DNA of 64,000 nt from Camelus dromedarius (lineage: Eukaryota), in NCBI RefSeq assembly GCF_036321535.1, contig NC_087436.1:27840001-27904000 (forward strand), given 5' to 3'. How positions within the stretch are numbered: the first letter of the stretch is position 1; each line of letters starts with the position of its first letter. This document shows positions 13,079 to 24,416 of this stretch, piece after piece. The translations under genes were made by a program, and so were the position numbers. A model generated the notes under the pieces. It made no database searches, was not told the DNA's origin, and saw nothing but the letters and a program-made list of their open reading frames with translations.

Positions 13079-14559
13079 ACTTTAATGCAGGTGCCATGCC
13101 TAAACTGTAGCATAAAAAAATAATTTAAAAATCTTCAACAATTTTTTTCACTTCCATTTTGAAAATACAGAAAATTGGTGTAGAACGCATAAAATTACTT
13201 AATCACAGTACATTTAAAATTGTGTGTGTGTTTTCTAATGGTGGGCAATTGAAAGTGAAGGGTGCTTGAAACTTCAGGTAATTCAAGTTTGTGCTGAACA
13301 AAGGAATGTAGTTGCTAGAAAAGATGAATTCAACCCTGTATAATTTAAAACTGAATACGTCCAGCCAGTGCACATTAACATCCGAGGGCTGAACTTGAGG
13401 AGCCATACAATGTGGTATTTACAATTAAAATAGTGATGAAGGCAATTGACCTTTAATAATTATATGTAACATACTCTAGCTTATTAACTGAAATAATGTA
13501 CCGCAGATGAATGTAAAAAATGGACGTAAAATTCTTAGAGCCCCTGAAACTGTCTTTAAACTTTTAAATCACACACTGAAAAGGAATCTGGCTGAATCAC
13601 TAACTTTATTCTGTCTTCAAGGTGTGCACCCACTTTGTATGCAGAGAACCTTTTCAGAAGGAAGTTGTTCAAGAGGTAGTCAGTATGTAAATTTACTAAT
13701 TAGATTATTGCAAACACCAATAACACATCCTGTTGTTGCTTCCTTAAGAAGACAGAATAATCTCCACAATGTATTCACTATAATGTAAACCAAATATTTG
13801 CCTGACTGCAGAATAGAATTACTGTTACAACAATCAGTAATAACATAAATCCTGATGGTATAAGAGTTTTGCATAGCCACTTATCTTACTACATGAGTCA
13901 TGATCTCAGGGATGTCCAAAACTTTTCCAAACACATGAGAGCTAGTGGTTGTGTGGAAAAACTGAAGATTTCAGCTGAACAAATAGTTATTTAAAATGCC
14001 AGTTTGGGCTGAAATATCTTCAACAACATTTTTAAAAGAGCAGTTTTTAAATTGTTTTTTTGCATGTAAAACCACTATAGGAGACATTTACACACCTAAG
14101 ATCTGAATCACACATTTTAAAATCTGCAAAATATTATTACTGAGATAAAAAATTGTTACTAAGAAAGGAGGATCGTAATATTGAGTATTATTACTGGGGG
14201 TTTGGGGGGTAAGTCTCAACCTCAGATTTCTTACTTCTGTAATAAGGAGGTTGGGATGCTTTCTAAGGGCCATAAAATTCTATCTTCCTCTGATAAATAT
14301 TTCCATTTTCACAATTCTTGCCATGCTATCAAGCCAATGTTGCCATTGCATGTGAATATCATATGCATGAAAATCATAGTTTTCCTCTCTCAGAACAGAA
14401 TTTCCTTTCAGGCTTACTCTCATAAGTTGTTGTCAATTGCACTTATTTTGGAATTTCTGCTGAAATCACCACACACCAATTTTTCCTTTCTCTTTAACAA
14501 TACCTCAGAACTTTAGAATCTTAGGATACTAGTTGTGTGCACGGATTTAAGGGATCATT

Positions 14560-14745
14560 CAGGCTGGTGTTTCTTTTCAGAAGCACTATTGGCATTTGAT
14601 GGGGATAACTCTTTAAGTGCCTTGTAACCTCCTCTCCGTGGTGCCTTTAGTATCCCTCAAGCCCTGGTCCTAGACTCCAGTAGTAGCTACAGCCCTCGCT
14701 CCACAGGTCATTGTGATAAAATCTTGCCCTATATTTCCACTTGCA
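14560..14745. mobile_element. hAT-Charlie MITE remnant (MER20-like)
   Basis: GCACTATTGGCATTTG...GGATAACTCTT...TTTAGTATCCCT...CCAGTAG...GTCATTGTGATAA. Confidence 0.4.
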
Positions 14746-15573
14746 CTGTGCCATAGTTGGGTAATAAAATAAGCCTATTAACTGTCACAGGAGAATATGA
14801 TGTCACAGGAGCTTAACTTTTTCTACCCAAGTGAAAGACAAGTGTGAGCAGATGCTAGAAACTAAAATAAGGACATCTTTTTTTTTTTTTTTTTAATCAC
14901 AACTGAGAATCTCTTTCAAATATAAGAATGTTTCTTTGTAGCTATAGCTTAATCATTCATTTTTTTTCTTCCTAAAATTATTATTGGAATAAAATACTTT
15001 GCCCTTTTGGATAATTTTCAAAAGTAGAAATTGCTTTGCTTTCTTTTTCCTCACCTGTTTCTCTTATACTGACTCTCCCAGACTGGAAATTTATAATTGC
15101 TGTAAATAGCACTTTGTTGAAAAGTTCCTTGATATTCCATGGAAACTGGAGATTATTCTATTTTCTGCGGTGTCTCTATCTCCAGTTTTGAGGTTATTTG
15201 CTCTTGCTTTTGTCCACTTTGCCAGCTTCTTTGATACATTCTATTGGAAGGCTTTTTAAACTATTTTTTCTTGCGTTAGTCTTTTTCTTAATTACTTTTA
15301 TTCCAAAGTACACCTTGAATTTCTACATAGAGTATAAAGTATAAAGCTTGACTCATTTTTGTGTTATTCTTATTCTTGAAATACAGAGATTCTTAAGCTA
15401 TAATCTATCCACGCAAGCTTGTCTAATTGGAGTGATAGATCAATACATAACAAAAAACACTTCTTCTGGAACTGCTCTTTGTTTCCTTTCGCCAAACAGG
15501 ATTTTATTAGTTTGCATATGACTATGCTTTGGAGTAATAGTTGTAGAAATTATTTGTCATGCTTGTATCTTAC

Positions 15574-15739
15574 CTTTTTGGTCTGCTTTTTCCCCAACAT
15601 GAGGACACCACCAGAAAGATCTCCCTGACTAGAGTGTCGGCAGTAGTCCCGAAGGCTGTGTGAGTGTACAACCCCAGGCAAATCTGAAGTGTTCAGGCTC
15701 TCCTGCCACTGTCAGCAGCTGGGCACTTTCAACGAATCC
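15574..15739 (-). other. Candidate 166-nt spliced internal exon (non-coding: 5'UTR or lncRNA)
   Basis: Minus strand reads cataac-T15-ggccag|GGATTCG...ACCAAAAAG|gtaagat. GC ~50% versus ~33% flanks, 3 CpGs, no repeat recognised, stops in all three frames. Confidence 0.55.
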
Positions 15740-16197
15740 CTGGCCAAAAAAAAAAAAAAAGTTATGAAAGCATCTAACTAGGTGTAAGACAAGTGCTGAT
15801 TTGTTTTAAAATGCCTCAAAGGAGAATTTAGTGGGTATTATTGGACTCCCCCTGAGTTCTCTAGTGTCAAGTATTCAGAGTGAGTTATATCAACTGTTTG
15901 AGTTTATTTGTTACATGATTTCTGTACTCGTACCACCCACATTTGCTTTCCTATTTTTTCATATTTTATCAGGGAATTGATTTGGCTAAGTTTTAGAAAT
16001 AAGAAGGATTGCCATTTGAGACTTCGTGAAGGTAAATTTCTCAGAATTTGGGGGAGAGGGGGAGAGGGAGAGAGGGAGCTTCAGACAGGTCTTTTTGAAA
16101 GATGGTAACAAACCATCCTGGTATGAGGTATTGACTATGGAAGTATGGACCAGTATATTTCCTGTTATGTGCACTTACCACTCAGCTCCCCTTTTGA

Positions 16198-16198
<1 letters not shown>

Positions 16199-16245
<47 letters not shown>
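16199..16245. repeat. (TA)23 microsatellite
   Basis: Perfect TA run read directly. Confidence 0.97.
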
Positions 16246-16248
<3 letters not shown>

Positions 16249-16884
16249 TTTTGTCAAATAGCTTTAACTTCTTTACTCATGTCATGTTGATGAAAAATAT
16301 TTTGAAGAGATCTGGTTCCTTTGTTTTGTAAGGTTCAAATATTGCCAAATATGAATAAATGGCATAGAATTTTTTAAAGTAGAGAAAAAATTCATTACAA
16401 TATAGCAGATTACTGGGACTAGGCACTGTAGCAAATGGAGAGTTGTGTAAGACAGTATTTGCCTTCAAGCATCATCATCTATTGAGATAAAAGGGATTAA
16501 AAAATATCAACAAAACATACTACTAATGCTATGGGCATTCAAAGGACGGAGATTCACATAATATTGAAAATCAGAAAATACATGAGTAGAATGCTGAATT
16601 ATAGTGATCTTGATAATGATTAAGAATATTAATAATTATTAAACAAATACGCAGTAATGTATATAGTACATTAGGCCATATGGTATAGTAGCGGACAAAA
16701 AAATAGATGTTTTCTATTGTGATCAGAATAGAATCCAACATGTCTCAAGATAAATTAATTTTATGTTTTTTGTTTAGTTGTGGTGACAGAATGCCAGCAT
16801 CCAGTTATGAGGTATATTTCTCTATTTTGCATTGTTTTGGAATCAATATATCATTGGGGAATCAGGCAAACAAATACAAACATA

Positions 16885-17075
16885 ACTCAGGTAGTTAGAA
16901 CTGATGACCTCAGACCAACCAACCTCATCAGCAGGCTGTGTTTCTTTGGAAAAAGTATTTGGTCTCTCCAGGCATCATTTTTCCCATATAGGAATCTATA
17001 TAGTATACAGTAAAGATCTAATGAAATAACTTACATAAAACATTTAGCATTGTCCTACACATCATAAGTGGTTAA
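16885..17075 (+). mobile_element. MIR SINE fragment
   Basis: GCTGTGTTTCTTTGGAAAAAGTATTT...CATTTTTCCCATAT...TAATGAAATAACTTACATAAAACATTTAGCATTGTCCT. Confidence 0.55.
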
Positions 17076-20000
17076 TGTTTACTGATTTTTGCTACTTTAA
17101 ACAATTGATATTACACAAGGGACTATGTGTGTTCAGCTGAGATGATCTACTTCTTCATTGGTCTGGAATGATTTATTTATGATGTTTTCTAAGGACAGAT
17201 GTTTGTATGGAATGATCTTTAAAGACATTATTTTCTCAATTTTACTAGGATAATAGAAATATATGTATCATAAATAATAGTACCATTATGAACTTAGGTT
17301 TTTTCAATTTATGTAAACTGAATAAAGATACATATATATCAAGTAAATATATTCTGGTTATTTTTGTACAGAATGACAGTACATTGACTCAAACTTGCTT
17401 ATGTTTACATTCTATCTTTATGAATATTTGAGTTGACTCAATCTGTGAATGGAAAGGCTAGATCCTCAATTCTATGGAACTTCATTCATATAGTCTCAAA
17501 GCTACTTCTCTTTTTAACTAGAGGATGAAGTATTCTGTGCATTCATATAATAAAGCCTATTACTGAGTCACATTGTCAAAGTTGCATATACTGACATACT
17601 GTGATTTTATTATATTTTAATTTTAACCTCTCACTTGTTTCATTAATAGCTCTCAAGAACCACTGAAAATATGCAAAATGATAAGAGATAAATACACTTG
17701 GATTTTTTTTTCTTTTCCTTTTTTGGAAGATTGGGATATTGGGTCATTAACTCATTGCGTCACCTATGTGACACTAAAAACAAAGAGAAAGAATCAGGAT
17801 ACACAGTAAAGCATGGATGAACACTAATATATATACACAAGTACAAGACAATCATTCGTTAATACAAATCAACTACTGTTATTGCTTTATCAAGTATAAG
17901 CAAGTAAGAAAAAATGTAAATTTCTGCCCAATGTATTCAAAGTTGTTCAGAAATTTCCTGTATAATTTAAATTCTAGCAAAGGACTTTGGCATCTGTTTT
18001 GGAGGTCTGTTATTTTCAGTTACTTTAAGTGATTGTGAAACAAAACGTAAAAAATAGATTTTCAAAATACATGGCCTAGGATGATATTTACTTGGCCTTT
18101 AGCAGTGAGATATCAGCTTAATGAGGTAGGAGCAAATGTTTGGCATGTGTGGAACCAATCTGTTTTTCAAACATTGTTAGCCTTGTCTGTTTCAATAAAT
18201 GCTCTGTGTGAACTGAAATATTTCACTTCCACTCCCGGTAACAATCAGATAGGTGGGTGATGTTTTCTCAACAGGGGCATTATTCAGTATGAATGAAAAT
18301 CACTTGTTCCTAAATGACAGGATCAAGGTGAAGACAGGACTACAGACAAAACCCTGACATCCCAATATCTTGACCTTTGTTGTTTCTAGGCCCTCCTTGT
18401 CCTCCTCCAGGCTGAACAAGAAAACCACAGCATACTCATCTTGATAAACATCCACTGACCACATATTGAGAACTTGTACACACTGTGTATCTATTACACT
18501 TCTGGCATAAAACAAAATGTCTGTATCAGTGTTATCAATTTTCTGCATAATGATTGAAAAGAACAGGTCATAGTCAATCTACTTTAGCAGTCCAATTACA
18601 AGAACAAAGTAACTCCAATGTTCTTACACTAGTTATGAATAATAATAACATTAATTATAAAATAAGATAGCCTCCTTTCTACTCATTTATATGAGTGCAT
18701 TTTTCCTAGATTCTATCTGTATATTTAATGTGCTAATATTTTTAGGATTTTTAAATTTATTTTTTATGTTAAGTTATAATAGAAGCTGATAGAATGCCTA
18801 TAAATTCATGAAGATTCAAAATGAACTGCTACCACAGCTACATACAGACATATCTGCTCTCACAAGAGTATACTCTTGGCATATATTAAATTTATTATAA
18901 AGTTTTCAAACCATTTCCCCCCTGCACATAATAAATTTTAAAAAGCAATTTAGAAATTACTCATAGAAAAGTGAATTGCCTAGCAATCCCATGAGTTAAA
19001 ATTATGTCCTTGAGAAATCATTTAAAATAAAACAGACTTCATTAAATGAGAAAAATAAATCCCTCTTTTAACATAGCACCCAAACTCTAACAATACAAAG
19101 TAACAAATTGCTCGAGGCCTCAAATCATAGGATTCTAACCAAGGTTAATTTCTTTAATATTTTGAACACTGAGAAATTGTAGTCTAGAAGAAAGAATATA
19201 TCAACTCACTAAGTTATCAAAATACCATGGGAAAATAATAGATTTAAGTTTTTACTATCCTTTCAATAAGCCCCCCTTGAGTTGGCAATAAATGCCTAAG
19301 TTGAGGAAGAATACCTGGTATATAGGTTTGAAAATCTTTGGGGGTATAATAATTAAATCCCTGCAGTCTTTTTCTTAAAGACAGAGAGTAGCCATTCATC
19401 CAAAGCTTTTAGGACTTTTTTTTCTCATACAGAAGTGATTCTTTCTATTGCTCTTTGAAGAGTGTATAATGGATGCTAAATAATTTATTTCCAAATGGAA
19501 ATGCATCTTCAGAAAAATTCATATTAATCTAACTTTAATTTACTTCAAGTCAACAAATATTTATGACATACTTATAATATGCAAAATTCTATGCTATAAA
19601 TTCCTAAGGGATATATAAAGATGAGTTAGACATATTCTTGTTTGGGGAAGTAAATACAGGAAGGAATGCCTAATTAACAAGGGAGTTAAACACATCTGAG
19701 CTGGATCTTGAGGACACAGGATGGTGTGAACAAGCAAAAATACGTGGGAGATACTCAGACAGAAAGCTGCACAAGAAATATAAAAAGACAGGAGGAGCTA
19801 AAAAAACTGATATGAAATTAAAACCTGTTAACTCATCTTTTCATAGGAGATGTATATTTCCTCAAGTATAGACACACTGTCCTCAGAGCAACCCAGTTAT
19901 ATACACAGGACAGGTGTCATGCATGTGTGTGTGTGTGTGTGTTACAGATAAGAAAATAGTGGCTTTTCAGTTCCACTATGCCAATTAATCACAAAATTAG

Positions 20001-20931
20001 AAAAGAATCCTGTCCTTTGGCTACTAGAGCAGTTCTCTTCCCACTACACGATGCCACCTTTGCCACCTTTCACATCACTTTGGATTATATTGAAGGAGCA
20101 CTACTCCCTAAACAGAATATAAACTAGGAAGTTGAACACTGCGGACATAGATGAAACACCATAGCTCAAGAAATTTTCATGAAACTATCCAGTTAACAAA
20201 TAACTAGAACATTGCCCCCAGTTAGGTCTCAGCTACATGCAGTCATACTGAATAAATACAGGATGAAGAAGGCAAACAGAAGTCAAATTGCAAGGCCCCT
20301 GAGAAAACCTTCAACAAAGATGAGGAAGAATTCCGGAATGTGGGGGCCAAACTTGGTCATGGGACCTAAATGTGGTGAGGGAATTGTGATATGGATTTTT
20401 GAAGAAATAGTCTTTCAATTTATTCCTATGTCCTTGTGAGGAGACCCTCAGCTAAAAGAAATTAGAAGAAACTAAGAAAATTGCATAAAGTAAAAACTGA
20501 ATTCCTTTTATAAATGGTTTCAGTAGTTTGATTCAGCAAGTAGCTTTACTCAAGAATATTTACTGATGTCATACTGGAAGCTAGAAATACAGCAAACAAC
20601 TCAACAAGGATAGGTCTTAACAAAACTGTATATCATAAAATGTTGAATTCTTGAAAGTAAAATCTAAATACTTCCTCATTATTAGTTTATATTTCATGAT
20701 TTACTCCCCTTTTCTATGCATACTTTAATGCAGTTATCCATTCTATAAACAATCCCTTCTAAATACTTTTTCTTAAAAGACATGTGTGTTGTGTGTTTTA
20801 GGTTTCAGTAATTTAAAAATTCAGCAAATAGTCAAACTCCAGCCATTCCTTCATATTATTAAATGAGAAGATAAATTCAATAAAGAGAACCAGGGTTTTG
20901 GAGAGTCCATGTACTTTTTTGTCTATATAGA

Positions 20932-21505
20932 TGTGATCTCATGGTCACCAATGCCAGCCTCAGGTCAGTGATTTGCTAGGACTCACAAAACTCAGAAAAA
21001 ACATTATACCATGATTATGGTTTGTTACAGTAACAGGATATAGAATAAAATACCAAAAGGAAGAGGTGCACAGGGCAGAGTCTAGGAGACGTCAGGTGAA
21101 AGCTTCCTGGAGTCCTCTCCCAGGGCAGTTGTGCACACAGGGTTTATTCCTCCCAGCCCTGTGTGGCAACAACGCATAGAGCTTTGCCACCCAGTGAAGC
21201 TCACCTGAGCCCAGATGTCCAGGGTTTTTACTGAGGTCTGGTGACTTAGGCAAGGTTTCCTGCTGACCTCTGTTCTGCATCCCTTCCAGAGATCAAGCGG
21301 ATAACATGGTCGAAGCTGCCGTCATAATTACATTGCAGGCAAGAACTCTCCTCGTTGCCCAAGTCCCCTAGGTTAACAGATACTCTGAATAGACAGGGTA
21401 CTCTAAAGACTTAGATGTTACCTCCCAGGAATCAGCCAAGAGATTAATCTTTAACGTGCAGTGTGCACACAACCTGGACTCGCTGAGTTAATCATTTTCT
21501 GCACA
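20932..21505 (-). mobile_element. ERVL solo LTR (MER68/MER77-like)
   Basis: TG...CA termini and a 5-bp TSD ATAGA (20927-20931 / 21506-21510). Minus strand starts TGTGCAGAAAATGATTAACTCAGC. Confidence 0.85.
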
Positions 21506-22229
21506 ATAGAATTCACTTTTTGTTAAAAACACAAAAACATTTCTCCTTTAGATATTGGAAACACTAAAAGTCAAGGAGAGATAAAAACATATACCGAAAA
21601 CAGAAAAGAGACTGAGAGTAGCGAGCAGCAAACTTAATTTTTTAAAGAGTAGTCTGCACTGATGGCATTACTTCCTTATCTCTCATTCACTTCTCAGACC
21701 AGTCATCTGGCTTTTCTTTTCATCACACTGAAGAAACTCCCCTCTATAACACTGAAGGACACATGAAACACCTGATATAATGAGCCCAAAGAATTCTGCA
21801 GACCTTTGCTTTAGACATCTGCAGCCCTGGACACTGCTGATCACAAAACGTGCCCTATTTTATTTGTATTTTTGACTATTCCAAAAAGTGTCTACAAGTT
21901 TACAGAATCCAAATTGCCTGCAAGTTTATAGAATGAGAACTATTACTCATCAGACTATTCTGACCTAAGAGATAATAATTATTTAGTTTCTTGAATGTCC
22001 TTTCAGAAAATCTCTACACACACACACACATCCTTGTCACCCTTATTTATACCAAGCAATATATAAAATATATGAAACAAGTCAATCCTTTTAATTAACA
22101 TCTAATTGAGAAATTTCACATAAAAGATAATGACAAAATTTCTGGATTTTTACAACTGCAGAGAATAATGATATATGATTATGATATAATTTAGGATATA
22201 AAGTTATTTCTCAAGCTGCTAGGATAAAA

Positions 22230-23030
22230 CAACTTACTGTATTTTAATCTTCAGTTGTATTTGATAAATTTGAGCATCTTTATATGTATGTATCAGCCAT
22301 TCGTATTTCTTGCTTTTATATTTTCTTCCTGTATTAATATCATTACAACTTAATATGTCATATTTCTTGCAAATAGTATACTTCCTTTCTGTGGTTTTTA
22401 ACTTAACTCTATTTTTGAATGTTTTCTCTGACAAAAAAATTCTATAGTGAAGTTTATCTGCCTTTTGCTTTATAGTTTCTGGGATCTGTGTCTAGTTTGG
22501 AAAGAATTTCCAAACAACAAGATTATAAATGGTATCTTCATCCATTTTTACTGCAGATTTTAGTCTGTACCACTTTGATGTTTTGAAATCTATTGACATT
22601 TACTGTGCGGCTTAATATTTAATCATTTATTGTAAATCTTGCATATGCACTTGAAAATATGATGTAGTGTCTGTTTTCAGGGGCCAGAGTTTAATATGTA
22701 ACTAATAAATTATCTCCATCTTATCTGGGCCTTTTGTCTGTGTCTGTATTTTTTGTTGTTTATTTACTCTGTGTATGTTAACATTTTAATTTCATTGTGA
22801 GTTTCTATTATTTTATCTAATATTATCTCTATAGATAGTATTTGATAGATTTTGATTTTGTTATTTACTATGTAAAATTTTGTTTTTCTTCTAAAAGTCA
22901 TTTGTTTCATTATTGAATTCTGTTTTTCATTCTGTTTAAAAAGTTTGCCTTGTTTTCAAACTTCTCTTTTTTTATTTGCATTATCTGGTATCATTTTCCT
23001 TTAAGACTAGGTCTATCACTTATATTTATT
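22230..23030 (-). mobile_element. Old, fragmented L1M ORF2 remnants
   Basis: T-rich antisense L1-like text (TTGAGCATCTTTATATGTATGTATCAGCCATT, TATATGCACTTGAAAATATGATGTAGTGTCTGTT). Boundaries approximate. Confidence 0.5.
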
Positions 23031-23199
23031 AATAAGATGTTTGGAGTTAGCTCTATCTTATTATATCCTTTCTGCTTTAAATGTGTCTTTGCTTTTTATC
23101 TCTTACTATAGCTTCCAATACTGTCATGAATGTGTGAATGAATGTACATGTGTTTGTGTGGATTTTTTTCCTGCTGAAACTTTAAAATTTAGATGTTTT

Positions 23200-23376
23200 T
23201 ATTTACTTTTTATTTTTTATTTTTTTTTTTTTTACTTTTTTTTTGGTGGGGGGAGGGAGGTAATTAGGTTTGTTTGTTTGTTTGTTTGTTTATTTAGGAG
23301 GAGGTACTGGGAATTGAACCCAGGACCTTGTGCATGCCAGGCATGCACTCTACCACTTGAGCTATACCCTCCCCCC
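23200..23376 (-). mobile_element. tRNA-derived SINE resembling camelid Vic-1
   Basis: Minus strand GGGGAGGGTATAGCTCAAGTGGTAGAGTGCATGCCTGGCATGCACAAGGTCCTGGGTTCAATTCCCAGTACC (A and B boxes), then (AAAC)n, CCTAATTACCTCCC and a poly-A tail. Confidence 0.9.
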
Positions 23377-23781
23377 TATTTTTTAAATTATTATGACTAA
23401 TGTTAACATCTACATCTGTAAGTAATACTCTTAAGTCTATTATTAGATTTAGTAGACTTAAATGGTTGTGAGATGTTGATTTTCTAATTCTGATCATTGA
23501 TCACTAGCCATAAAAGAACAGTGAATTTATAAACCATATTTATCACTTGGCCTTTCACTAACCTATTTTTGGTTTTTTTAATTGGAACATCATTATTTAT
23601 AACTTCTTTGATTCTAAACCACAATTACCATAATTGTTTTGAAAATGACTTAGGGGTGGGGTTTACTGATTTCCCTCCTGTCTAAAGATAAATGTTCCTA
23701 CTCAATAACCAGTTTGAAAAGTTAATTGCCATTTTCCCTTTTTGAGTATTCTTTACACGTATCTTCACAATCCCCTCACTC

Positions 23782-24416
23782 TATGGGGACATCTAAGGTC
23801 AGGCTGATTCCCTCTACACAAAAAGGAATCAACTTGAAAAGTCAAGGTAGTTCACACCCTGTATTTTCCAAACAAAATTTGGCCCTTATCAGTCTCCTAG
23901 GAGGTAATCTCTAAACCCTTGGAATATCCTGTCTGATAAGAGTACCTATTTACCTAGGGGCCCTGGACCATGCCACAGAGACTATGTTAATAATATGATT
24001 GATGCTGGGGGCCTGAGGCTGTGAGATATCAGCTTGACTTCCAGACCAGTGGGAGTCTAAATGTGAGTCAACACACTAATGTGAATGACCCCCAATAAAA
24101 GGCCTGGACACCAAAGCTTAGGTGAATGAGCTTTGGCATGAGCTGGTTGGCAATATTCCATGTGTGGTGGTACACATGTTGCCACACGTATGATGTATTA
24201 CTGGGAGAAGCTAGTACAATCTGCAAAACTCCTACAGGAGAAGCAAACTGGAAGCTCTCCTGGTGTCTCCCTAGAAGCCTTTTCCTCTGCTGATTTTAGT
24301 CAGTACTCTTTCAAGGTAATAAACCATAGCCATGGATGTCACAGCTTTTCTTACTTCTTTGCATCCTTCCAGTGAGAGAATGAATCTGTTTGTGGTCCTG
24401 GGACACCCCCTGACCT
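23782..24416 (+). mobile_element. ERVL LTR (MER21/MER77 group)
   Basis: GGAGGTAATCTCTAAACCCTTGGAATATCCTGTCTGATAAGAGT, CCCCAATAAAAGGCCTGGACACCAAAGCT, ending GTGGTCCTGGGACACCCCC. Confidence 0.75.

Noticed and set aside
23294..23376. tRNA-like sequence
   Set aside because: It has a SINE tail, poly-A and a dispersed paralogue, so it is a SINE head and not a tRNA gene.
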